Shown: piece after piece, positions 11,641 to 21,589 of the stretch | Numbering within the stretch: position 1 is the first letter of the stretch | Layout: the number at the start of each line of letters is the position of its first letter | Notes under the pieces: model-generated | The model's database searches: none | What the model was told of the DNA's origin: nothing | Seen by the model: only the letters and a program-made list of their open reading frames with translations | Source: an uncultured Phycisphaerales bacterium | GTDB lineage: Bacteria > Planctomycetota > Phycisphaerae > Tepidisphaerales > Tepidisphaeraceae | Direction of reading: 5' to 3' | DNA: 64,000 bases | Assembly: GCA_963755915.1 (NCBI GenBank) | Contig: CAVWLP010000002.1 | Coordinates: 3,712,001-3,776,000 of the forward strand | Made by a program: the position numbers and the translations under genes

Positions 11641-11693
11641 GTGTAGCCGCCCCACTTTGACTTCGGTGAGCTGTGTCGAACCGTGGGCGCGTC
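11641..11693 (+). repeat. REP-like palindrome with a 25-bp internal insertion
   Basis: GTGTAGCCGCCCCACTT[tgacttcggtgagctgtgtcgaacc]GTGGGCGCGTC versus the uninterrupted copy at 12527. Confidence 0.55.
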
Positions 11694-11756
11694 CCGATCG
11701 CTTCCCTCAAACCCGCAAACCCTCCTTTGGAACGCTCTATGCATACAATCATCACC

Positions 11757-12502
11757 ATGCCCACCCGATTCCCCGGCTTCCCGCGACAAATGCCCACTTT
11801 TTTTGCGCTCTCGAGAAGAATAATCAGCGTGAATGGTTCATCCCCCGGAAAGAAATCTTCGAGAACCACGTCCGCACGCCCATGATTGACCTGGTCACGT
11901 TCCTCAATGAGAAGTTGCGTAAAGGCTTCGGAATTGACCATGCATCCGAACGTCCCGAGCGCCTCATCTATCGCATTTATCGCGATACGCGATTTTCCAG
12001 CGACAAGACCCCATACAAGACCCACATCGCCGCCACTTTCGCCCACCGCCGCCTCCCGCGCCACAGCGGCGCTGGATATTACTTCGAGATTTCCCATCGC
12101 TATGTCGGAATCGCCGGCGGCGTTTACATGCCGGGACCGGAAGAACTGACCGCCATCCGCGACGCAATTGCCGCCGACCCAAACCGATTCCTCGCGATCG
12201 CGAAAAATCCAAAATTGAAAAAACTTTTCGGCCCCCTTCAGGGCGATCGTCTCACCCGCCTCCCCAAAGCTTGGCACTCCCATGCCAACTCCGCGGCCGC
12301 CGAATACCTCAAATTCAAGCAGTACTACTGGTGGGCAGAGCTGCCGCCATCGCTAGCTCTGTCCCCGCAACTTCCCCGCACGCTCCTGCACCATTTCCAG
12401 GCCATGTCGGATGGGATCGACTGGTTCAACAGCACCATTCTGACCGATCGACATCGCCAGGAAGAAGAATCCCGTCCGCTCCGCCCAGCACCGATGTGGT
12501 GA
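11757..12502 (+). CDS. DUF2461 (TIGR02453) family protein; probable 1-nt deletion at the T-run ~11800
   Basis: MPTRFPGFPRQMPTFF joins ALEKNNQREWF; signature IYRIYRDTRFSSDKTPYKTH. Confidence 0.88.
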
Positions 12503-12526
12503 TCGCCGACAACGCCACCTATCCCC

Positions 12527-12557
12527 GTTTAGCGGCCCCACTTGTGGGGCGCGTCTT
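12527..12557 (+). repeat. REP-like palindrome
   Basis: GTTTAGCGGCCCCACTTGTGGGGCGCGTC; relatives at 11641 (+) and ~39995-40025 (-). Confidence 0.55.
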
Positions 12558-12683
12558 TCGATCTCCACAAATCCTGGTTTCCCACTTTGCGCCCCCAACC
12601 ATTCACAAATCACCCCCCAGCCGCCGCGCCAGCTTTCCCCTAAGCCCCCTTTGCAGATTCTTTCGAACTTCAACAATCTCAAC

Positions 12684-12901
12684 CGAAAAATCCCCGGATT
12701 TCCCAAAAATACGTCCTAAACGTACACCTTTTGGACCTGTATATAGAGTCGTGATGTTTTTCGGTCCTCTACTCCTCGGAGCATACATGTCCACCCTTCC
12801 CAAATCTGAGATCTCAAATTTCAAATCTGAAATCCCGATCTCAAACCCACCCCCTCGCTCCGTTTTCCCTCGAAAGTGAGATATTTTGGGATAATGTGGG
12901 A
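12684..12901 (+). repeat. Dispersed non-coding element copy 1 (65-bp core plus downstream decamer repeats)
   Basis: 12684-12748 aligns ungapped with the reverse complement of 37425-37489 (48/65 identical by hand count). Decamers TGAGATATTT TGGGATAATG TGGGA follow at 12877-12901. Confidence 0.7.
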
Positions 12902-12913
12902 GCAACCCGCTCC

Positions 12914-13061
12914 TTTGCAGACTGTAAAGTTTTGTAACCCATGCCCCGAATACAAACATTTTCGCGGAGGCACGGTATAGTTCCCGCCGCAATCAATTGC
13001 GCAACCGGGCGCGAACCAAATGCGGAAACGACGGCTCGATAAATCAGCCCCCCAACCCCGC
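12914..13061 (+). pseudogene. Degenerate duplicate of the promoter and first 14 codons of the XylR-type gene at 15777
   Basis: 13020-13061 vs 15777-15818: 39/42 identical; upstream 12914-12975 resembles 15679-15750. Confidence 0.8.
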
Positions 13062-13187
13062 ACCATACTACCCGGCCGTGAGCGCCGACCAATCCTGGGT
13101 AAGACCACAACCGACCGGCGGCGAGAGTGAGACAGTTTGAGACGATTTGGGACGATTTGTAGGGGTTTGACTAGTGAATGCTAATCC

Positions 13188-13253
13188 GTAGGGTGGGTGT
13201 ACTCGCCCACCATCTCGGTGCATGTTGAAGGCGAACTGCCGCTGGGCGATTGC
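13188..13253 (+). repeat. GTAG-type REP-like element, left copy flanking the HEPN-like gene
   Basis: GTAGGGTGGGTGTACTCGCCCACC...GGCGAACTGC; similar to 14404-14472. Confidence 0.6.
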
Positions 13254-13405
13254 AAAATCGATGGGCAAGCAATTCGGGCTGAACTGATCCGCGATATGTA
13301 TGACCTTGAGATTGAGCCAGAGTTCGCGGGGAATCAAATACAAAATAAGTCACCAAGCGTAGAAAGTTTGGACAAAGGCCGTCCCGTATTGTGTAATCGG
13401 GTGAA

Positions 13406-14365
13406 ATGGTCCCACGACGCAACGAACAGTTTTTCGATCAAAGACGAGTCGATGAATTGATTAAATTTGGGCTCACGAGCATTTCCATTGAAAAGCTTCG
13501 GTACCGCGTAATTCCCAGGCTCGGATTAGTTTACGACTCCTATGCGGCTGACGTAGCCAGGGTGATAGACCTCGCGAAGTTTTCTACCTACCTGACGCTT
13601 CAAAGTTGCACGTTCGCTGGCGAACTTACAAAGGTTATTTACGAAGAGACTGGATGCTTCGCCCCCCCGCGCTCCGTCCGGAAAAAGTACAATGACAATA
13701 TTCGCCTTAGCATGATGAAGCTTGAAGATGAGCGACCGCCGCGTTCGGACGCGAAACTCTTCAAGGACGTTTGTAATCTTACTAGGATGGTGATTGAGCG
13801 GGCCGACGTGAAACTATTGGATGGATACGACGCGATCATGCCCTCGTTAATCGTATTGGCATGGACGGCTTTTGAGGCTTTGAGCGAAGATCTATTAAGC
13901 AAGGCGGTAAAATTCTTTCCGAGGTCTCTTTCCCAATCGAATTGGTGCAAAACTCGCAGAAAACTCGCCCCGTGGGAGCAGATGACGATATCGGGTTCTA
14001 TTAGAACCCACAGCGATGTGCCTAAGAATCCGGGGTTACATCATTTGAGTTACAGAACCATTGAAGCGATTCGGAAATCCTACTGGTTGGTCTTCCGTTC
14101 CGATTGCGCCAAGATACGGCGAGCACTTTCACACCGTTCTCTAGACAATCTCCATGCGGCGCGGAACGTGATCGTCCATAAGAGTGGGAAAGTGGACCAA
14201 ATTTTTCTAAATCGGACCGCAGGCGTTCCGATGTTCGCAAAGGCGATTGCGGGAAATTACTTTCACATGGATTTTGCCATGGTAAATACACTGGTGCTTC
14301 CTGTTCTGAATCGCGGAATTCAGTTAATAGCGGTGGTGAACGATTGGGTTCGGGCGCACGGATGA
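13406..14365 (+). CDS. Hypothetical protein with probable HEPN RNase domain
   Basis: 319-aa ORF with AT-richer codons. Helix AWTAFEALSEDL and R-x4-H motif ARNVIVHKSGKVD. Confidence 0.62.
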   Translation: MVPRRNEQFFDQRRVDELIKFGLTSISIEKLRYRVIPRLGLVYDSYAADVARVIDLAKFSTYLTLQSCTFAGELTKVIYEETGCFAPPRSVRKKYNDNIRLSMMKLEDERPPRSDAKLFKDVCNLTRMVIERADVKLLDGYDAIMPSLIVLAWTAFEALSEDLLSKAVKFFPRSLSQSNWCKTRRKLAPWEQMTISGSIRTHSDVPKNPGLHHLSYRTIEAIRKSYWLVFRSDCAKIRRALSHRSLDNLHAARNVIVHKSGKVDQIFLNRTAGVPMFAKAIAGNYFHMDFAMVNTLVLPVLNRGIQLIAVVNDWVRAHG

Positions 14366-14403
14366 AAAAGCGGCATTAAGGCCTCACGCGATTGAATTAG
14401 CCA

Positions 14404-14520
14404 GTAAGGGTGGGCGTACCCGTTCACGCTCTCAGGGCACTTTGCGGGCGAACTGCGGTTCGACGAGGCTGCAGAGTAAGTGGTCGAGCAACCAGACGGC
14501 GACAGGTATGCCCAACCTAA
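14404..14520 (+). repeat. REPIN-like inverted pair, right copy flanking the HEPN-like gene
   Basis: GTAAGGGTGGGCGTACCCG ... GGTATGCCCAACCTAA imperfect inverted ends. Confidence 0.5.
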
Positions 14521-14627
14521 ACAATTTTTTTTCGCGATCGCACTTAGATATACTTGCTAGGCATGGGCACCGAGGGTAGCCGAAGGGTCTGGCTCGAGCT
14601 CGTGGTCAGAGGCGCGGAGGTCACGCC

Positions 14628-15406
14628 GTGCCGCGGCTCGCCATCGGCGAACTATTTAAGCTGGTCGAGGACTCGTCCTCAGAATATTTCGGATCGTTTA
14701 ACTACTTGCTGCAAATAGGGGCGTTGCAACGGCTCTCTCCACCCGAAGTTGATCAGCTTGGCCGAGGGGCTTCCGTTCCCGGCAACCTTTGCGCAATAGT
14801 GGACGGCCATAGTTGGAATTTTTTCAGAGTGGCCCGACCCGAGGACCTTTATGCATGCCTGGCAGCACAGCTCAATTCCTCCTCACAGCCCTTGCCGCAC
14901 GGATACGAGACAGATGCGATGTACGCCGCTAAGATCGTTGGCCTAAATCCAGCACAATTGGCAGAGGCCAAGCAATACGATGTCCCGGACACTGAAATGC
15001 AGGCAATGCGGAGGTTGCCCATACCCCTCCACTTTATACCTTCAATGTATTTCAAGGCGGAAAAGGCGGGGGACGCCTTACGTCTCCGGATGATCGCTGG
15101 ATACCTTACCCGCTGGCATGAGGAACAGAAGAGCCAACTATCAGCACTAAGCGGCGCGCTCGATTTCGTGGAGAGTTGTTGCGACCCTGCCGACGGGTGC
15201 AAAGCTGGAGGCAAACAGACAGCCAATACCTGAAGATGTCCGACACGAGGTCTGGCGCCGTGATCAAGCACGCTGCGTTCGATGCGGCTCACAAAACCGT
15301 CTGGAATTCGACCATATTATTCCTTGGTCGAAGGGCGGTGCAAATACGGCGCAATATCCAACTACTTTGCGAAACATGTAACAGGGCTAAGAGCGACACC
15401 ATATAA
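14628..15406 (+). CDS. Unknown N-domain fused to a C-terminal HNH endonuclease (two probable 2-nt deletions, ~15175 and ~15350)
   Basis: The alternative frame from 15217 reads RQPIPEDVRHEVWRRDQARCVRCGSQNRLEFDHIIPWSKGGANTA and joins NIQLLCETCNRAKSDTI*, a zinc-binding HNH. Confidence 0.8.
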
Positions 15407-15776
15407 CGCGACACGGGAGCATTAGGCATAATGTCAGAGACGACAGGGCGAACTACCTTTTTGAGCCTCCGCCTTTCGGCGCACAGATCGGTCGGGCAAC
15501 GACTGAGTAACCAACGAAGCCAAGTCGGCTGATTCGCGGTAAGCTGCCAACTCTGCCATCGCGACTCTACCGCGAAGTCGGAATCATGTCGCTCGTGCTG
15601 ATAAATCTACGTATGATTTCCAAAATGCGAAATTCACCGCAAAATTGCTTGCCCAAACTACCTATATTTCCCAGTTTGTTGCGGACTGTTACCTTTTGTA
15701 CCGCATGTACCCCATACAAAAATATTTAGCCGGGGAACGGTATATTTCCGTCCGTTCTAGTGGACGGCTAATAGAG

Positions 15777-16938
15777 ATGCGGAAACGACGCCTCGATAAA
15801 TCAGCAACCCAACCCCGCCGCATCGGCCTCGCGCTCGATGCCGTCGCTGCCTATGGCCGCGGAATTATTCGCGGCGTCATGACCTACACCCACACCCGCT
15901 CCCGCTGGACCGTCAGCGCCGAACCCCAGTGGTCCTTCAGCGAGCCGATCGACATCGAACGCTGGGACGTTGACGGCCTCATCGTCCAAACCTTCAGCCG
16001 CGAATTCGAAAAACGCGTCCTCAAGCTCGGCCTGCCAGCCACCAACGTCTCCAACTTCTGCGAGGGCGAAATGAACCTCCCCTCCATCCTCCCCGACGAC
16101 GGCGCCGTAGCAGTAATGGCCGCCGACTACTTGATTTCCCTCGGCTTCCGCCAACTCGGCTACTGCTGGGCCGGCGAGATGCAATACGGCCGCCTCCGCC
16201 TCGAGGCCTTCCGCCGCCGCGCCGCCGAAAGCGGCATCACCATCCACGAATGCAACGCCGCCAACAGTCCCCTCGACAAGTGGATTCTAAAACTCCCCAA
16301 GCCCATCGGCGTCCTGGGATGCAACGACGACTGGGCCCACCGAATCCTCAACGCCGCCCGCCAGCAGGGCGTAAGAGTCCCCGACGAGATGGCCGTCCTG
16401 GGCGTAGACAACGACGAACTTTTCAACGCCCTGGTAACCCCATCCCTTTCCAGTCTCGAGCTCCCCACCGAGCAAATCGGCTTCGAAGCCGCCGCACAGC
16501 TCGACCGCCTCATGAACGGCGAAAAGCTCGAGCACCTGACCCTGCTCCCCCCAGTCCGCGTAGTTCCGCGCGCCTCAACGGACGTCTTGTCGATCGAAGA
16601 CGAAGACATCGTCCTCGCCGTTCGTTTCATTCGCGAACATGCCGCCGAGCCACTCCAGGTCGACGACGTCCTCGACCACGTCCCCCTCAGCCGCCGATCG
16701 CTCGAGCGCCGGTTCCGGCAACTGGTCCGCCACTCCATCACGGATGAGATCCGCCGCGCCCACATCAATCGCGCGTAAAGAACTCCTCGCCAACACCGAT
16801 CTGGCGATGTCCCAGGTCGCCGCCGGCTCCGGTTTCACGACCGCCACCCGCCTCGGAATCGTATTCCACAAAGAGGTCGGCGAAGCCCCTTCAGAGTTCC
16901 GCAGACGGGCCCGGGTTATGGGACGTCCTAAAGTTTAA
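15777..16938 (+). CDS. XylR-family transcriptional regulator (LacI-type sugar-binding + AraC HTH); 1-nt insertion ~16775
   Basis: VPDEMAVLGVDNDE, LSRRSLERRF; continues KELLANTDLAMSQVAAGSGF...PSEFRRR to TAA 16938. Confidence 0.92.
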
Positions 16939-16999
16939 ACTTCCACCATCCTGCCGCCCTGGACGCGCATATCGCCTTACAGGCAAGAAACTTGCAGTC

Positions 17000-17065
17000 T
17001 GTCGCAAATAAGAGAGTTATTGGCGGAATTATGAATTGCGACCTCCGCCATCCGGCACATAGGGT
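17000..17065 (+). promoter_or_regulatory. Direct-repeat site D plus -10 (TAGGGT at 17060)
   Basis: TGTCGCAAAT-AAGAGAGTTAT-TGGCGGAATT. Confidence 0.78.
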
Positions 17066-17110
17066 ATCGCCTGTCAAAGGCACCTTTTTCTGGTGGTCAC
17101 TGGAGACGCT

Positions 17111-18544
17111 ATGTCCTTTCCGTCCGGATTCGCCTGGGGCGCGGCCACTGCCGCGTATCAAGTCGAAGGCGCTGCGCATCAGGACGGCCGGGGCGAAAGC
17201 GTCTGGGACATGTTCTGCCGAAAGGACGGCGCCGTTTACAGCGGCCATACGGGCGACATCGCCTGCGATCACTATCACCGCTGGCAGGAAGACATCGCCC
17301 TGATGAAGGAGATGGGCCTTAAGGCCTATCGCCTCAGCATCTCCTGGCCGCGCGTTCTTCCCGATGGCATCGGCAAACCCAACGAGCAGGGGCTGGAATT
17401 TTACGACCGCCTGATCGATGGCCTCCTGGCGGCGGGCATCACGCCCTACGTCACGCTCTTCCATTGGGATTATCCCTACGCCCTCTATTGCCGTGGCGGT
17501 TGGCTGAACCGCGAATCGGTGGAGTGGTTTGCCGGCTACGCAAAGCTCATCGCCCAGCGACTCGGAGATCGCGTCGCCCACTGGATGACGATGAACGAGC
17601 CGCAGTGTTTTCTGGGCTTGGGCCATCGCGATGGCGTGCAGGCGCCGGGATTAAAGCTGGCCTGGTGCGACGTTCTGCGGGCGCTGCATCACAGCCTGAT
17701 GGCGCACGGGCGCGCCGTTCAAACGCTTCGCGAGTATTGCTCCACGCCTCCGACGATCGGCTGGGCGCCGCTTGCCGAGGTGAAATATCCCGCGACCTCC
17801 GCAGCCGCTGACATCGAAGCGGCCCGCACGCGCACGATGGCGGCCGATGCCCGCGACCTTTGGAACAACACGATCTTCGGCGACCCGATTTGCCTCGGCC
17901 ACTATCCGCAGGACGCCTTGCGCACCTGGGGCCGCGATTTCCCGAAGTTCACGCAGGCGGAGATGGACCTGATCCACGAGAAAATTGATTTCTATGGACT
18001 GAATACCTACCGCGGACATCCAGTGACAGTTGGAGAGGACGGCCAGATCAAGCCCGCGCCGCGCGAACCGGGCACGCCGATGAATTCCTATTCGTGGACC
18101 ATCGATCCAGCGGTCCTCTACTGGGGCCCCAAGTTCATTTACGAGCGCTACCAGTTGCCGATCCACGTCACCGAGAACGGATTTGCCGGGCTCGATTGGG
18201 TACACATGGATGGAGCCGTTCACGACCCGCAGCGAATCGACTTTACCCGCCGATATCTTTTGGAGCTGCGCCGCGCGATCCAGGGGGGGGTCGATGTGCG
18301 CGGATATTTCTACTGGTCGCTGATGGATAATTTTGAGTGGGCGGATGGCTATCGCCAGCGCTTTGGGCTCATTCACGTCGACTATAAAACCCTTCGACGG
18401 ACGCCCAAAGATTCGGCCCGGTGGTACGCCGGCGTCATTCGCACCAACGGAGAGAATCTGTCAGAGGCGCCGCCGGTTCCACGCGTGAAGATCTACACAG
18501 AAGCGCTCAAGGAAGCCGAACCGCCAGCGCGGGTTGTTCGCTGA
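17111..18544 (+). CDS. GH1 beta-glucosidase (no signal peptide, cytoplasmic)
   Basis: GGAG RBS + ATG 17111; FAWGAATAAYQVEG, TMNEP, HVTENG, WSLMDNFEW. Confidence 0.96.
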   Translation: MSFPSGFAWGAATAAYQVEGAAHQDGRGESVWDMFCRKDGAVYSGHTGDIACDHYHRWQEDIALMKEMGLKAYRLSISWPRVLPDGIGKPNEQGLEFYDRLIDGLLAAGITPYVTLFHWDYPYALYCRGGWLNRESVEWFAGYAKLIAQRLGDRVAHWMTMNEPQCFLGLGHRDGVQAPGLKLAWCDVLRALHHSLMAHGRAVQTLREYCSTPPTIGWAPLAEVKYPATSAAADIEAARTRTMAADARDLWNNTIFGDPICLGHYPQDALRTWGRDFPKFTQAEMDLIHEKIDFYGLNTYRGHPVTVGEDGQIKPAPREPGTPMNSYSWTIDPAVLYWGPKFIYERYQLPIHVTENGFAGLDWVHMDGAVHDPQRIDFTRRYLLELRRAIQGGVDVRGYFYWSLMDNFEWADGYRQRFGLIHVDYKTLRRTPKDSARWYAGVIRTNGENLSEAPPVPRVKIYTEALKEAEPPARVVR

Positions 18545-18560
18545 AGAGCCGCGAACCAAT

Positions 18561-21048
18561 TCACTTCAAATCAGAAGCTTTTACCAGCGTCGCATCATCG
18601 AGCTTGATGGCCCCGCCGCGCGGACCATCGGCAGCGGGCGTGATCACGACCAGCACCCGCATTCGCGGGCCATCGGCAGTGCCGCTGAGAACAAGATGCG
18701 TCCACCGATGTCCGCTGGCCAGTCTGCCCACGTCGAAGTTCACCGTGTTGAGCGCGATTTGCCCGTGATCGGTGAGTGTTTCCAGTCGCAGCTCGACGTT
18801 TGCCGCCTGGGTCTGGCCCGCGAGCGGTATGTCACGCTGGGCGTAGATCGAAAACGTGTATCGCCCGCCCGGCTCCGTGCTGACATCCTGCCACAATCCA
18901 GAGGTATCCGCCGTTTCGACCTGCCAATGGTGATAGCCGATTTCGGAGGCGCCCGAATGCGTCGGCGTCCAGCCGGTTTCGCGGTTGATCCACGGTCCCC
19001 AGCGGTTCCAGCCGGCGGCGACATCGACAGAATTTCCCTGATCTTCAAACGAGCCGTTCGTCAGAAGCGACGGCCCCGGCGGGGGGGTGTTGGGCGAATC
19101 GCCGGGCGCGGGAAGCACGTCATCTGCCGAGGCGCCTAGACGCGCCTTCACGGTTGTGAGGCCCGCGTCGAGATGGGCACACGCAACCAGTCCGACACGA
19201 AAATCCCCTTCGCGTGGGACGGGTCTGGAGGCGACGGTTTGCCAATCGCCTCTGTCTGTTCGATACATTCCCGTCGCCAGCCCCTGGGCGATTTGCAGCC
19301 GAAGCTCAACCGGCAATGTCGCTCCCGCCGCGACCTTCGTTTCGACCGCCCGTCCCCCGGCGCGGCGGCGCGTCACCAGGGCGATCGTTCCATCGGGGAA
19401 CACATTCACCATCGCCATCGCGCTGTGCGGGTCGTTCGCTTCGCCCCAGCGCGCCATCAGGCCCGCCTTGGCATATTCCGCGCTATCAACAAAGGAAAGG
19501 ATCGCAGCTTTCGTATCACACGACTCGCCATGAACCGGCTGCGACACAAACCTGCAACTGTCGCTGCTGCCGAAAATGTCGATTCCGCCCCCCATGAGCA
19601 GAAAGTCTCCATCCGCGAGCGCTGCGGTGTACCCAGGCGAAGCGCCGCCGAGATCGATCGAGCTGAAACCCTCAGGCGCAGACGCGGGCGGGTCGCTGGG
19701 TGGCGCGGTCGGAAGGCGCGGATAGTTGGCCAGATAAAGCGGACTCGGATTCGGAGTCGTCAGCGCCTCCCGCAGTCGCTCATTGATCGCCAGCGGCATC
19801 GTCCCGAGGTTTGTAAAGAAACGCTTGAATTCGTCGTAGGAGCTGCTTTGTAGATTCAATAGCGGCAGGGGGGTTGCATTGGTGACCATGTACCAGGCAT
19901 CCGGCTGTACGCCCCCGCGAGTGCCAATATTCTTGTACGCCCACATCGTGCTGGGCCAGCCGTATTCCGCGAATCGATCGTAAAACGCCCGAAGCACCCG
20001 GCAGGGATCCTCAGTGTCGAGAACGATGTTGAATTCCCCAACGTAGTAGGGGGAAGCGATTTGGCTCACCGTATCCATACTTGGCAGGGATTTCCTGATT
20101 CAGCACGCGGGACTGCGTTTCCAGGGCCGATTTGCTGCCGAACAATCCGGGATAGTAATGCTCGGTGAATCCAACATTGGTCATGCCCTGGTCGTGCGGG
20201 TTGCCGTAAAAGCTGATCCCGCCATTGAGCGCGCCGGGGAAGAAGACGACGTGCCGGTCGCCGGTGGATCGAATCGCTTCATAAATCTGCGGCAACAGCC
20301 GGGCCAGCACCGGCCGGCAATCTTCGGTGTGATTTCCATACGGTTCGTTGATGAGGTCATAAGCGGCAACCGAGCTGCGATCTTTGAAATGCTCCGCAAG
20401 GGCCTTCCAGACGTCGACGGTGCGCTGCTGATCTTCTTCGCTGCTCCAGAGATGATCCTGCCCCACCTCGCCGGTGTGGTCTTCCAGGCTCTGCCCTCCC
20501 GGCACGCCGTGCAAATCGAGAATCACATACAGGCCCGCATCCCCGGCCATGTCCACTGCGCGATCGAGCCAGCGAAACGCGTCGTCTTTGACCGCAAACG
20601 GCGGTCGGTCGTCCTGAATCAGCCTGTAGTCAAAAGGCAACCGCACCACGTTGAATCCGAACGTCTTGATGATCTGCAAATCACGCGGCGTGATCCAGTT
20701 GGTTCGATACAGATCGATCAGTTCCTGCGATCCGGCATCCCCAAATCGTTGCCGCAAGGTGCGATATACGGTGGCTCCATCTCGAAACGCGTGATCCGGC
20801 CCATCGCCGAGCGTTCCCCCAAACATCCACGATTCGAGCATGAGATAATTGCCGAGGTTGCAACCTTTGAGGACCACTTCCGAACCGGAGGAGTCCACCA
20901 ATCGTGGACCTGACGCGCTGATAAAAGGCAGGGGATTGTTCTCGGCAATAGCGACCCGGGGAGAGGCCAAATGGAAGAGGATGGTGGTGCAAATCGCGGA
21001 GGCTGTAACAATGAATCGTCTGAATCTGGTTTGGGGAGTGCTTTCCAT
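18561..21048 (-). CDS. Secreted GH5 hydrolase with C-terminal lectin/CBM-like domains; frameshift ~20075
   Basis: Signal peptide; GCNLGNYLMLESWM, LDLHG, YDLINEP. YVGEFN nucleophile lies in the downstream frame; LLTNGSFE CBM-like start. Confidence 0.88.
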
Positions 21049-21072
21049 TCGCAAGCGGCCTGCTTGAGGTGC

Positions 21073-21137
21073 AAATTAGCACGTTCATCTGCCCGGTGCG
21101 ATTCGGTATCCAGCCAAAATACCTCTGTTTTGCGTCA
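21073..21137 (-). promoter_or_regulatory. Direct-repeat site E plus extended -10 (TGCTAATTT)
   Basis: Minus strand TGACGCAAAA-CAGAGGTATTT-TGGCTGGATA. Confidence 0.72.
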
Positions 21138-21180
21138 AATTGCAGAGACCGCCCGATCTCCAGCTTCTCCGCGCAATGGG

Positions 21181-21254
21181 TGTAATTTACATACATTCGT
21201 ACATGAAAACAATGTAAATAAATGCTTGACATACCCCTGTCAAAGCAGTATTTT
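21181..21254 (+). promoter_or_regulatory. TGTAAnTTACA operator and sigma70 promoter for the giant PEP-CTERM gene
   Basis: Perfect TGTAA-T-TTACA at 21181-21191; TTGACA (21226)-17 bp-TATTTT (21249). Confidence 0.75.
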
Positions 21255-21589
21255 CTAGAGCGGCGAAGACCCCAACTCGCTTCGCTGCGTCCTGAATTGT
21301 TTGCTTCAGTTTAAGGGCCAGATGACGGAGGGTTTACAGCGAGCGCGGCTGCTAATTGCGGTCCGTGATCATTGCGGTGGGACCGGTATTGCGTTTCCAC
21401 GTTTGCGCCTGCCGCGACTCGCCCAGCATACCCATTTCAACAGCCATATGCCCAATGCCATGAAACGACTCATGTCGCGCCCGCCGAATTTGTTTCACGC
21501 GGTGGTTTCAATCCATCCGCCAGTCGGCGTCGGTCGGGAATAAAGGTTGGATCGAATCAAGTAAGTTTCGGCTACAGGAGAGAAATGCC

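Noticed and set aside
12801-12845. Heptamer-like AAATCTG/AAATTTC tandem repeats as a functional feature
   Set aside because: Short, degenerate simple repeat; no evidence of function beyond lying in the small ORF 12787-12879.
13100-15600. Integron cassette array explanation for the islet
   Set aside because: No convincing RYYYAAC...GTTRRRY attC pairs after the ORFs and no integrase; the repeats look REP-like.
16770-16780. Programmed frameshift or stop readthrough in the XylR-type gene
   Set aside because: No slippery heptamer; a single-base insertion fits the window-wide error pattern.
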